The notes under the pieces are model-generated. The model worked only from the letters and a program-made list of their open reading frames with translations. It made no database searches and had not been told where the DNA came from. The translations under genes were made by a program, and so were the position numbers. Below, in pieces: positions 49,323 to 59,074 of a stretch of DNA of 64,000 bases (positions within the stretch are counted from its first letter, which is position 1; the number at the start of each line of letters is the position of its first letter). Origin of the DNA: Thermoplasmata archaeon (GTDB lineage Archaea > Thermoplasmatota > Thermoplasmata > Thermoplasmatales > GCA-001856825); contig JBMFVV010000001.1 in NCBI GenBank assembly GCA_049965815.1, positions 21,484 through 85,483 of the forward strand, given 5' to 3'.

Positions 49323-50786
49323 TCATGATGGTTCCTTCCCATTAGAGTATAGTTTTTCGTGCCTGTTTTCAACGCCCCTCGTTATTGAGAAAATACCTGA
49401 TATGACGAGCATCGAAATTAGAACGATGAATGAGTAATGGATACCATTAACGAACCCCTTGCCGATCCCGCCGATAACGTTGGATGTTCCTGCAAATATC
49501 TCAAATGCAAGATATCTGGGCACTGCCGATGAGGCAGCAACGAATGCAATAATGAAGCTCCCTATGATACCGATGCTGCCCAGGAGTCTTGCAGTACCGG
49601 AAGCTGCACCTCTCTGCTCTGGTGAGACATTGGCCATTATAGCGCTGAGGTTGGAAGGCCAGAACATTGCACCACCAATCCCCATGATTATCGAACCTAA
49701 CATCACGATATAAACAGAGGTATTCGTTCCAAGAAGGAATATGTAGAATAGCACTCCGGCAGTCATCAGCGTTATGCCCGAAGTAGCAATGATCATTGAA
49801 CCCTGCTTGTCAGAGAGCCTTCCCATGAACGGGGCAAGGATACCGCTCAACAGGTAAGCAGGGAGGAGGATAAGGGAAGCGTAGTATGGTGAGAAGCCCC
49901 TCACTCCCTGCAGGTACATTATCAGGAGGAATGTGACTCCCATATAGCCCAGTCCCTGAAACAATGAGGCTAAAAGCGAATTCTTGAATACCTTGTTCAC
50001 GAACATTGAGAAGTTTATCGTTGGTACCTTCACCCTTCTCTCCACCAGCAGAAATGCAACTGCAGTCACTATGCCGACTGCGAGCATAGCCTCATTCAGC
50101 GGTCTGAAGCCGGAAGATGCGTAGTCTATTCCAGCGTATGACATCAGAGCGACAGCGATTCCAAGAAGTGCCATACCTGGTATATCCAGAACTTCCTTCA
50201 CCCTGGCGTTGTCCTCAATGTACCTGAGTCCGAGGGCTGTTGCCAGAATACCTATCGGGACGTTTATGAAGAATATGTACCTGTATCCTATGAAAGTGGT
50301 TATGAATCCGCCTAGAAGTATACCGAGCAGCGCTCCAATATTCCAGCTCATTGACGTGAACCCATAGGCCCTTCCTATCTTGTTCCTAGGAAATGTGTCT
50401 GCTATTATCGCACCGCTGTTGGACGATATGAGAGCTCCGCCCACTGCCTGAACAGCCCTGAATCCTATGAGGGTTATGTCAGTTGGTGCTATTCCGCACA
50501 GGAATGATGATATTGTGAAGATGACAAACCCAAGGTTGAATGTCCGTGCTCTCCCATATATATCGCCTATTCGCCCGAACTGAGTGGAGAAGACTGCTGT
50601 TACTATCATGTAGATCAATATCACCCAGATTGTGGTAGATATGGTGGAGTGAAGTGCTGAGGTGATAGCAGGGAATGCGAGTAGAACGATCGTTGAATCT
50701 ACGGATGCCATAAGCGACCCTATTACTATGACTGATAGGATGAGGTTTTCATTAGTCTTGTGAGTAGCTGGAAGACTGGAATTCAT
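49323..50786 (-). CDS. MFS transporter (DHA2/EmrB-like, 14 TM)
   Basis: DSTIV..AFP, GRIGDIYGR, RAVQAVG, FFINVPIG, YLQGVRG. Confidence 0.92.
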   Translation of the reverse strand: MNSSLPATHKTNENLILSVIVIGSLMASVDSTIVLLAFPAITSALHSTISTTIWVILIYMIVTAVFSTQFGRIGDIYGRARTFNLGFVIFTISSFLCGIAPTDITLIGFRAVQAVGGALISSNSGAIIADTFPRNKIGRAYGFTSMSWNIGALLGILLGGFITTFIGYRYIFFINVPIGILATALGLRYIEDNARVKEVLDIPGMALLGIAVALMSYAGIDYASSGFRPLNEAMLAVGIVTAVAFLLVERRVKVPTINFSMFVNKVFKNSLLASLFQGLGYMGVTFLLIMYLQGVRGFSPYYASLILLPAYLLSGILAPFMGRLSDKQGSMIIATSGITLMTAGVLFYIFLLGTNTSVYIVMLGSIIMGIGGAMFWPSNLSAIMANVSPEQRGAASGTARLLGSIGIIGSFIIAFVAASSAVPRYLAFEIFAGTSNVIGGIGKGFVNGIHYSFIVLISMLVISGIFSITRGVENRHEKLYSNGKEPS

Positions 50787-50965
50787 TGTGCCCCGATATA
50801 AGAAAGATTAATAGCTGTTTCATAGCACTTTCAACTACTGTTGAATGGGCTGCTTTAATCACCATCCGTTCTTTCAAACTGGATATTTTTCCTTCCCACT
50901 GCGACAGTGGTGCAGTTCCATTATGGAGGGTAGTCTTATTATATCCAGCTAGCTTTCCATTAACG

Positions 50966-51436
50966 ATGAAGTGGATAACTAGAGAGAAGGCGAAAGTTGA
51001 CAGGATCGCATGCCCCTGGCTCATCAGGAAGTTCGTTGATCCAGAAGCCGTTTTCCTATTCGTTCCGAGAGATAGGGTAATGGAGGAGGCTAAAAGGACA
51101 GGAGCCATCCCATTTGATACGCCAGGAGCAGAACTCTATCATTACAAGGAAGGGGATTACGAATTCGTCTCATTCGATTCTATCATAAGGAAATACAAAT
51201 TGAAGGATGATGCGCTCCTAGAGCTGGCAAAAATTGTGAGGGGCGCGGATGCTTCCATACCGGATGCACCACCGGAATCCGCGGGACTTGAAGCTGCGGC
51301 GACAGGATTCAACATGATTGCAGCGGACGATTTTGAGAACATGAAGTTGCAATTCCCACTGTACGATGCACTCTATGAATACTGCAAATCCAAGGTAAAG
51401 GAAGGAAGCCCGCTGAAACACTCATTAAAGAAGTGA
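50966..51436 (+). CDS. ChrB-domain (chromate resistance) protein
   Basis: MKWITREKAKVDRIACPWLIRKFVD, GAIPFD, IVRGAD, LYDALY; ATG at 50966. Confidence 0.88.
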   Translation: MKWITREKAKVDRIACPWLIRKFVDPEAVFLFVPRDRVMEEAKRTGAIPFDTPGAELYHYKEGDYEFVSFDSIIRKYKLKDDALLELAKIVRGADASIPDAPPESAGLEAAATGFNMIAADDFENMKLQFPLYDALYEYCKSKVKEGSPLKHSLKK

Positions 51437-51454
51437 ATATTCAGCAGTTCCTGG

Positions 51455-52891
51455 TCAGACTGGAGACGATGGCATCCTTGCCTTCGCCTCATCTATGATA
51501 GAAACAACCTTCTTCTTGAACTCCGGGAACTCCTTTGGGGACTTGGGATAATCTGCGTAAATCGCATTAAGTTCCTTCATTTTCTGCGTAGACCATACCA
51601 GGTCCTTGAATGCTCTTAGGGCGCCCACACCCCTCACCAGTTTGCTGACCTTTTTTGTGAGGGACAGCTCAGGTATCCTGCCATAGGTGATTTCCACGGC
51701 TTCCTCGTAAGTGATGAAGCTCTTCATTCCATAATCTATGTCCTGGTTATTCATGGACTGGAGGAATATCCTGAATACCTCCATGCCTGCCATGCTCTTC
51801 CCGTACTGTTTCACGTAATCTATGTTGTAGTTCCAGAGTCCTTCGAGGCTTGTATCCCCTGATTCAACGGCCTTCGACGCTTCCCTTCCAGCAAGTATTC
51901 CGCCTATCAGTGCTGGTCCCAGTCCTCCTGCGCTCAGTGGATTTGCTGATGCCATGGAATCGCCCACCCCTATGTATCCAGGGTAGACCATGCCTTCCAT
52001 CTGCCTCCGCACACTCACGCTCCAGTATCCTTCCCCATTCTTACTGGAATTGTCCAGAGTATAATTTTTGAACAGCGGATTCCATTTGATGTACTTCTCG
52101 ATCAACGACTTCAGGTTGTCCTTTGCACCAAACTTCTTGTTCCTCAGTTCTAGGCTCTTGTGCTGCACTCCCAGACCCACGTTTACCCTTCCGTCTGTCT
52201 TCGGGAACACCCATCCGTAACCTCCCGGAGCCATCTGCTGGTTTAGGTGGATCAGTGCATTCTTCTTGTCGTAAAACTTTGGATTATCGAATGAATCGTC
52301 CGTCTTGTAGATGAACCTTCCAGTCAGCTCAAGATCTTCGTAGTCTATTTCCTTATCTATGTAAGGATTGTCAGGAAGCTTCCTCCTCAGCAGGGATGCT
52401 ATTCCCAGTGCATCTATCGTGACTTTACCTCTGATTTTTTCTTCCTCACCCTTCTCGTTCTTGCCAAATACGCCTTTTACCTTGTTATCCTCGATTATCG
52501 GTCCTTCCACGCTGAATTTTCCCTTGAACTCTGCCCCATTCTTTATTGCCTCATCAAACAGTGCCTTCCCAAACTGTGGTCTCTCAAGGCTGTACCCTTC
52601 ACCATCGAAAGGCAGCTTGTAATCAAGATCCGGTGACAGGGCTACCACCCCATCCACGGCAAGCCCCAGGGCCTGACTGCTGAACGTATTTCCAAGGTTC
52701 TTCTGAACGTATGTTATGTGGGATCTAGCAACGGCATCGCCACATACCCAGCCCCAGACGGTCTTCTTGCCCGGCTCCATCTCTGAATTCCTGTCAATAA
52801 GTAAAACTCTCTTTCCCAACTTTCCCGCCATAGCTGCAGCTGTGGCACCAGATACTCCTGCACCTGCAACTATCACGTCATACTCAACCAT
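51455..52891 (-). CDS. Digeranylgeranylglycerophospholipid (geranylgeranyl) reductase, Sulfolobus-like
   Basis: GAGVSG FAD motif, CGDAV, PGGYGWVFPK, GDS...NPLSAGG, GLWNYN. Confidence 0.87.
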   Translation of the reverse strand: MVEYDVIVAGAGVSGATAAAMAGKLGKRVLLIDRNSEMEPGKKTVWGWVCGDAVARSHITYVQKNLGNTFSSQALGLAVDGVVALSPDLDYKLPFDGEGYSLERPQFGKALFDEAIKNGAEFKGKFSVEGPIIEDNKVKGVFGKNEKGEEEKIRGKVTIDALGIASLLRRKLPDNPYIDKEIDYEDLELTGRFIYKTDDSFDNPKFYDKKNALIHLNQQMAPGGYGWVFPKTDGRVNVGLGVQHKSLELRNKKFGAKDNLKSLIEKYIKWNPLFKNYTLDNSSKNGEGYWSVSVRRQMEGMVYPGYIGVGDSMASANPLSAGGLGPALIGGILAGREASKAVESGDTSLEGLWNYNIDYVKQYGKSMAGMEVFRIFLQSMNNQDIDYGMKSFITYEEAVEITYGRIPELSLTKKVSKLVRGVGALRAFKDLVWSTQKMKELNAIYADYPKSPKEFPEFKKKVVSIIDEAKARMPSSPV

Positions 52892-52971
52892 ATTGGTGAA
52901 ATATCAACTCCTATTAAAATGGTAGGTAGCGGTCAGTGATGGGAGGGTGCAGAAAGCCAGACCATACCACG

Positions 52972-54705
52972 CTAGTAAAACAAATCTGTCTGGGGAGAAT
53001 TTGATGGAATGTAGAATATGACCAGCGACTGCCAGGGGTCGTTCATGTCTGTCAGAACGATACCCGTCTCTGCTGTCCTATTGAGAAATTCCACTGTTAT
53101 GGATACCTGCTGGTATGGAGGTACCTCGATGTATGTGCCGTTCCCCGACGTTTCTATGACAGCAGTTCCGCTGATGATATATCCGGAAGAATTGTCGAAC
53201 TTGTGATTATCGAGGAGTGCTAAACCGCCTTTGTTTGTTATATTGAGAATCACCGTGTTCTTGTCCGTGTAATATGGATTCATATTATTTGCAGTTATAT
53301 TTTGGTCTAGGGAGACAACTGTCAGGTTCTTGTTGTAACTCTTTTGCATTGTCGATGCTGCAACTGTAATGGAAAAATCATAGAAACCCACTGATGAACT
53401 GTTAACTGGCCATACGGTGATGTTGAAGCTCCTCCTCTCCAGCGGGTACATGCTCTCGTTGAACGACGGTGTTGCGGACAGACCTGTCGGTGTCCTGATC
53501 GTCACACTGAGTGGAATTGTGTAGTTATTCAGGTTATCGACTGTGAGCAGCATCTTGTCATTTTCAAATTCCGGGTTTCCGTATATTGAAAAATAGTTTC
53601 CTCCCGTCAGTTCGGAAGTTGCAAGGTTTGGCGAGACATGCTCTACGAATGGTACAGGCGAGAAACTTATTGCAACGAGTGCAATTGCTATTATCCCTAC
53701 CATTATCTCCTTCCTTCCCGGCTTCGATATGTCGTTCAGTGGAGGTGGATGAGATAACCCCAGGATCACGATTATGATGGCAAACAGTATCCAAGAGACG
53801 TAATATATGCCCAGTACGACAAGAATGATTATGAATGCATAACTGAGGTATTTCGCATTCTTCCCGAGAAGGCCCCTTGCAACATGCCCTCCATCCAGCT
53901 GCCCTATCGGAAACAGGTTAATTGCTGTAACTAGGAAACCTACCCAGGCTGCAAAAGCAACCGGGTGCACGTTGGTTGTCTGAATTGCAGGAAATATATA
54001 GTAGATGACAGGGAGTGAAATCAGGTACGATACCTGTGAACTTGTAACATTTACGGGTTTCTGTATGGTTCCAAGGTATGCACCTACGACCCCGACCACT
54101 ATGCTCATTATGAAGCCAACGATCGGGCCGGCCGCACCAATCTTGATCAGCGTTTTCCTGTCAGGAAGAGGATCCCTCAGAGAAATGAATGCGCCCAATG
54201 TTCCAAGAAGCGTAAAAGGAGCGGGAATAAAAAAAGGAAGAGAAGCGGCAACGCCGTTTCTCTTTGCCATAAAATAATGCCCAAACTCATGTGAGCCCAG
54301 GATTATGAGCAACGGCAGAGAGAAATAGAGGAAACCGTAGAAGTAGAGCCCCCACGAGAATTTCGTGATGCCAAAATATCCAGCGTACAACCCCTCACCA
54401 ACATATATGGTTGATATGAGTGTTGCAACAAGTAGAATTATGTTTACCCATATGCCGAAGGGTCTCGTCTTCCTTCTTTTAATAACGGAAATTGTGTATT
54501 CCGAGCCAGCTTCCCTCCCCTTTCCTATCACGGGAATATATCCCAGCGGTTTCAGGTCGGCTACCAGTTTCTTGAAATCGCCCTCGAGATTCGGGTCTAC
54601 AAGGGTGTGGAATTCGTATACTCCTTCCTGGACTTTGACCTCGCCTGTAACGGCAAAATATTTCTTTACCGTAGAACGGATCGTTACAAGCTCATCTGTT
54701 GTAAT
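52972..54705 (-). CDS. Site-2 (M50) intramembrane metalloprotease with extracellular C-terminal domain
   Basis: HEFGH, AAGP, NLFPIGQLDGGH; frame stays open 58 codons upstream of GTG 54531 to ATT 54705 (start uncertain). Confidence 0.88.
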   Translation of the reverse strand: MTTDELVTIRSTVKKYFAVTGEVKVQEGVYEFHTLVDPNLEGDFKKLVADLKPLGYIPVIGKGREAGSEYTISVIKRRKTRPFGIWVNIILLVATLISTIYVGEGLYAGYFGITKFSWGLYFYGFLYFSLPLLIILGSHEFGHYFMAKRNGVAASLPFFIPAPFTLLGTLGAFISLRDPLPDRKTLIKIGAAGPIVGFIMSIVVGVVGAYLGTIQKPVNVTSSQVSYLISLPVIYYIFPAIQTTNVHPVAFAAWVGFLVTAINLFPIGQLDGGHVARGLLGKNAKYLSYAFIIILVVLGIYYVSWILFAIIIVILGLSHPPPLNDISKPGRKEIMVGIIAIALVAISFSPVPFVEHVSPNLATSELTGGNYFSIYGNPEFENDKMLLTVDNLNNYTIPLSVTIRTPTGLSATPSFNESMYPLERRSFNITVWPVNSSSVGFYDFSITVAASTMQKSYNKNLTVVSLDQNITANNMNPYYTDKNTVILNITNKGGLALLDNHKFDNSSGYIISGTAVIETSGNGTYIEVPPYQQVSITVEFLNRTAETGIVLTDMNDPWQSLVIFYIPSNSPQTDLFY

Positions 54706-57277
54706 CTGATATCGCCCCTTCTACTTCCTTTAGACCGAGATTCTGCTTTAATACTTTTCCCTGAGCGTACGTTCCGTTGCCGCCTCCCTTTACAAATCCC
54801 TTGCTCTCAAGGATGCGCATTATATCAAGTGCTGATACGTCCGGTGATGAAGAAGCAATTCTCACCTTCTCTCCCGATATCACGATTCCATATGATTTTG
54901 AAAGGCTCTTTGAAACGAATTCGGCGATCGATTCGTTTACCTCCATGACCTTGATCTCCTTCCCTTTGTAATTGATGACTGAATAATCAAAACCAGATTC
55001 TATTGCCTTCCTCGTTTCCTCGAGCATTGTGTTCATGGATTCGAATGCCTTGATTGGGTCTTCTCCCATCTTTTCCCTCAACTCTAGAAGCTGACTGCTC
55101 TGGGAGTTTGAAAATTCAACTGCAGACTTGCCTGCAGCAAAATTGAACCTCATGATACCGTCCTGTATCCTCTCCACTTTGACTATCTTGATGTACCCTA
55201 CCTCTCCTGTATAGTCAAGGTGTGTACCGCCGCAGCCCTCTGCATCTATGCCTGGAATCTCTACAAGCCTCAGCATGTTACCCTCAGGAATACCACCCTG
55301 GTATAGGGTGAAACCGAATTTGGCCTCGGCATCGTTCCTGTTAACGAATTCCTTGTGCAATGGCAGGTTCATCCGCACTATCTCGTTGGCCCTCTCCTCT
55401 ATCCTCGATATTTCGTCTGGCGAAACATCCCTGAAGTGCGTGACGTCAAGTCTGCTTACTTTCTCGTCCTTCTGGGCGCCCGCCTGCCATATGTGCGGGC
55501 CGAGTACGTCCCTAATGGACGATAGCATTATATGCGTGGCTGTGTGGTTCTGCATGAGCCTCTTCCTCCTGTCCACGTTCAAGAGACCGTGAACCATCTC
55601 TCCCGGCGCTATGTCTTGAACGTCATTGACTTCATGCACGATCGTACCGTTGACGATTTTCACGTCATCCACATCCATCTTCCTGTCGGAGGCTAGCATT
55701 ATCCCGTGGTCTGAAGGCTGTCCACCACCCTCCGGATAGAAATACGTATTTTCCAGAATGACGAATTTACCCTCTACCCCTAGCACCTTGCTGTTGAATT
55801 CAAAAATTCTTTCATTGTCGTAGTACGATTTACCAGTCTCGGGATATTTATTCTTCAGGATGTATTCCTTCTCCTTTGGCTCTTTTCTGATGTTGGAAAA
55901 TCCCCTGGATTTCTCAAGTTTCTCAGGGAACTTTATGCCAAGTGCCTCGCATCTTTCCTTCACGTACTCTATTGGAAGACCATTGGACTCAAAGAGGAGT
56001 ATAACGTCTTCTGCCCTCATAATTCCCCCCTTCGCGTACCTCTTTATCATCGCATCACCCTTACCAAGAAGTTCGTCGAACCTTTCCGTTTCCAGCCTGA
56101 CTATCTCCCTTGCAGATCCTTCAAGCCTCGTATCGAGTATGTCGCTGAACCTGTTCTTCTGTGCTTCTATGAGGTCCCAGAGTTCGCTCTTTATCCCTAT
56201 CTTCTTCCTGGCTAGAAGAGCCCTCCTTATCAGCATCCTGAGCACGTAGCCCGCCTTTGAGTTTGATGGAACCAGCCCGTCGAACAGGAGTATTGTTATC
56301 GCCCTTGAATGGTCTGCGAGGACGTATATGTTTGAAAGCTTATCCAGGCTCTCCCTTTCTTCCGGGGTAAGTGAAGAGAGGAACTTCACCTCCGAACCGT
56401 CCTCGCTAGCATATGCGTTTATGAACTCCCTCAGGAATTCAGGTCTTCCGAGATTTATCTCCCGCATGAGTTCAGTTACCATATCAGGATAGAGAGCTTC
56501 GTACAGCGTATCAGTCCCCTGTGAAAGCCAGGTGAACCTCTCTATGCCGTATCCAGTATCCACTATCCTGTTGTCCATCTTCCTGTAACGCACCCCATCA
56601 ATCTCCTCATCCCCATCTGGAGCTTCGACCATGTCCATGAAAACAAGCGTTGCAACCTCCAGGCCTCTTACCATGACCTCAACTGAAGATCCAGCATTGC
56701 CGCCGCCAGCCCATGGTTTCTCCTTGAAGACTATCTCCTTCCTGTTAACGCCAAGGTGCGTGAGGAATTCAACGGAATACCCTATGGCCTTGTCCTTCCA
56801 GTATATCTCCTTCCCCGGGAAATTGAATGATTTTGCGCCCCCCATCTCAAATACTGAAAGGTGCCTGCCCGTCTTCCCCACATTGTCTAGATCTACCGTT
56901 CTTATGCAAGGCTGCGATACAACAAGCGGGTTGCCCGGAGGCGGAACCTTTCCGGAGGTAACATGAGGCTGAAAGTCATATATGCTCGCGTTGACGAGGT
57001 ATACATCCTCCCTCCACCTCGCAACTATAGGATACCTCTTCACCCTCTTGTGCCCGTTCCTTTCAAAGAAGGAAAGGAACTCCTCCCTCATCTCTTCCAG
57101 TGAGTACTTCCTCGATGTAGGTGGATTGCCTATGAATGAATACGGATCGCACGGAACTTCTCCGCACGTTTTCCTTGCATGATCGATCGTCCAGAAAGCC
57201 TTGCCACAGCTGACGCATATCTTCCTTTCATAACCGTTGTCCTTGAAATAACCTATGACCTCTTCCTTTTCAGACAC
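54692..57277 (-). CDS. alaS: Alanine-tRNA ligase (archaeal type)
   Basis: CVSCGKAFW, RYPIVARWR, ASIYDFQP, DTGYGIER, NHTATH, CGGTH. Confidence 0.97.
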   Translation of the reverse strand: MSEKEEVIGYFKDNGYERKICVSCGKAFWTIDHARKTCGEVPCDPYSFIGNPPTSRKYSLEEMREEFLSFFERNGHKRVKRYPIVARWREDVYLVNASIYDFQPHVTSGKVPPPGNPLVVSQPCIRTVDLDNVGKTGRHLSVFEMGGAKSFNFPGKEIYWKDKAIGYSVEFLTHLGVNRKEIVFKEKPWAGGGNAGSSVEVMVRGLEVATLVFMDMVEAPDGDEEIDGVRYRKMDNRIVDTGYGIERFTWLSQGTDTLYEALYPDMVTELMREINLGRPEFLREFINAYASEDGSEVKFLSSLTPEERESLDKLSNIYVLADHSRAITILLFDGLVPSNSKAGYVLRMLIRRALLARKKIGIKSELWDLIEAQKNRFSDILDTRLEGSAREIVRLETERFDELLGKGDAMIKRYAKGGIMRAEDVILLFESNGLPIEYVKERCEALGIKFPEKLEKSRGFSNIRKEPKEKEYILKNKYPETGKSYYDNERIFEFNSKVLGVEGKFVILENTYFYPEGGGQPSDHGIMLASDRKMDVDDVKIVNGTIVHEVNDVQDIAPGEMVHGLLNVDRRKRLMQNHTATHIMLSSIRDVLGPHIWQAGAQKDEKVSRLDVTHFRDVSPDEISRIEERANEIVRMNLPLHKEFVNRNDAEAKFGFTLYQGGIPEGNMLRLVEIPGIDAEGCGGTHLDYTGEVGYIKIVKVERIQDGIMRFNFAAGKSAVEFSNSQSSQLLELREKMGEDPIKAFESMNTMLEETRKAIESGFDYSVINYKGKEIKVMEVNESIAEFVSKSLSKSYGIVISGEKVRIASSSPDVSALDIMRILESKGFVKGGGNGTYAQGKVLKQNLGLKEVEGAISDYNR

Positions 57278-57323
57278 AAGGAGGGAAGAATAACTATTTT
57301 AAATTCTTTGTTCTGCTCAGTTT

Positions 57324-58046
57324 GTGCTGATCACCCTTTACAACGACAAAGAGCTTTATTCTTTCTCGAACAATGCGGGACTGCTGTACATCAGGGACCT
57401 TGGAAACATCGATACATCCCTTTTCTCACTCTCGAGCAATGAGGTAGAGATGGGATCGAGAAAATTCAGGATAAGGGCATCAACCCTGAACGACGTTTCT
57501 CTCTCAATAGAAAGGGGACCGCAGATTATACTTCCAAAGGACGTCGTTACCATAGGTTTTGAACTCGATCTCCCGTTCTGTTCCAGGATGCTGGAGATAG
57601 GCGGTGGATCAGGCGGCTTTTCCATCCTGTCTGCACTCATGTACAGGGTTAAGATTGACAGTTACGAACTGAATGAAGACCATTATCACCTCCAGGTAAA
57701 GAACATAAAAAGGTTCGAAGTCGGTGAAATGATAAAACCAAACAACAGGGATGGAAGGGAGGCAAGGGTGGATGACTACGATGCAATATTCATTGACAAT
57801 CCAGAGCCATGGAACTTCCTTGACGTTCCCTTGACGGGTACAAAGAGGGTATCGTCGATCCTTCCTACATATTCTCAGGCAGAGAATTTTTCGCGTTTCC
57901 TAATAAAAAAGGGTTTTTTAGTTAGTGCTCATCATCTCATCGATGTTCCCATGAAGCTCAGCGCCATGGGAATGAGACCCGAAACGTCATTTCTGTATCA
58001 CACGGGATTCATCGTCTCGGGAGTGGGGGTAAATCTTGATGGATGA
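57324..58046 (+). CDS. trmI: tRNA (adenine-N1) methyltransferase TrmI-like, divergent
   Basis: RGPQIILPKD, LEIGGGSG, FIDNPEPW, PTYSQ, RP...HTGF. Confidence 0.8.
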   Translation: MLITLYNDKELYSFSNNAGLLYIRDLGNIDTSLFSLSSNEVEMGSRKFRIRASTLNDVSLSIERGPQIILPKDVVTIGFELDLPFCSRMLEIGGGSGGFSILSALMYRVKIDSYELNEDHYHLQVKNIKRFEVGEMIKPNNRDGREARVDDYDAIFIDNPEPWNFLDVPLTGTKRVSSILPTYSQAENFSRFLIKKGFLVSAHHLIDVPMKLSAMGMRPETSFLYHTGFIVSGVGVNLDG

Positions 58047-58977
58047 AGTAAAGAAGAGAGCACTGGAGAAACAGGGGTACAAGATAGTCGGAAACCATTC
58101 AGGCGTTAAGCTCTGCCACTGGGTGAGGCAGGACCTCTACTACAACAGGCCATGTTACAAGAATACATTTTATGGCATAGAGAGCCACAGGTGCATTCAG
58201 ATGACTCCTTCATTGGATTGGTGCTCTGAGAACTGCACATTCTGCTGGAGGTCACAGGGATGGGAGGGGGCAAAGATTCCCCAAGAAGACGATGCGGAAG
58301 AGATAATGGAAGGCTCCATACAGGCCCAGAGGCTACTACTGACTGGCTTCAAGGGGGATTCCAGGACAAACATGAAGAAATGGCTCGATGCGCAGAACCC
58401 GAAACACATGGCCATTTCACTCACTGGAGAGCCAACGCTCTACGGGAAGCTGGATGACCTGCTCAGGGAGGCCAAGGAGAGACACATATCCACATTCGTT
58501 GTAACAAACGGCATTCAACCGGAAGCGCTTGAGAAACTGAAGGTCCTTCCAACGCAGCTATACATAACAGTGGCTGCCCCGAACGAGAAACTGTTCAAAG
58601 AGATGCTCAATCCAATATACAAGGATTCGTGGGAACGACTGAACAGGACACTTGAGCTCCTTCCGTCTTTGAAGACCAGGACTGTCATAAGACACACGCT
58701 TGTCAAGGATTTCAACCTAGGCTACATAGAGGAATACTACAGGCTGGACAAGAAGGCGGACCCAGATTTCGTGGAGAACAAGGGGTATGTTCACGTAGGA
58801 GGGTCAAGGAACAGGCTGACGATAAACAACATGCCATCCCACGAGGAGATCAGGGACTTCTCATTCAGGCTGAACGGCTACCTTAACTACGAATTCGGAG
58901 GGGAAAGGGAAGATTCAAGGATAGTCCTGCTCAGCAAGGACAGGAAGAAGAACAAGATAGATTTCTCGGCCATCTGA
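58036..58977 (+). CDS. taw1: 4-demethylwyosine synthase (radical SAM)
   Basis: HSGVKLCHW, CYKNTFYGIESHRCIQMTP, CSENCTFCWR, ISLTGEP, VTNG. Confidence 0.95.
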   Translation: MMDEVKKRALEKQGYKIVGNHSGVKLCHWVRQDLYYNRPCYKNTFYGIESHRCIQMTPSLDWCSENCTFCWRSQGWEGAKIPQEDDAEEIMEGSIQAQRLLLTGFKGDSRTNMKKWLDAQNPKHMAISLTGEPTLYGKLDDLLREAKERHISTFVVTNGIQPEALEKLKVLPTQLYITVAAPNEKLFKEMLNPIYKDSWERLNRTLELLPSLKTRTVIRHTLVKDFNLGYIEEYYRLDKKADPDFVENKGYVHVGGSRNRLTINNMPSHEEIRDFSFRLNGYLNYEFGGEREDSRIVLLSKDRKKNKIDFSAI

Positions 58978-59074
58978 AGGCATAGACCAATATCATTAAA
59001 AAGATTAGGGATATTGAACTTATCTAGGTAACTCTAAAAATTTATATCTCGTTAATCACTGTGCAAATATCCAC

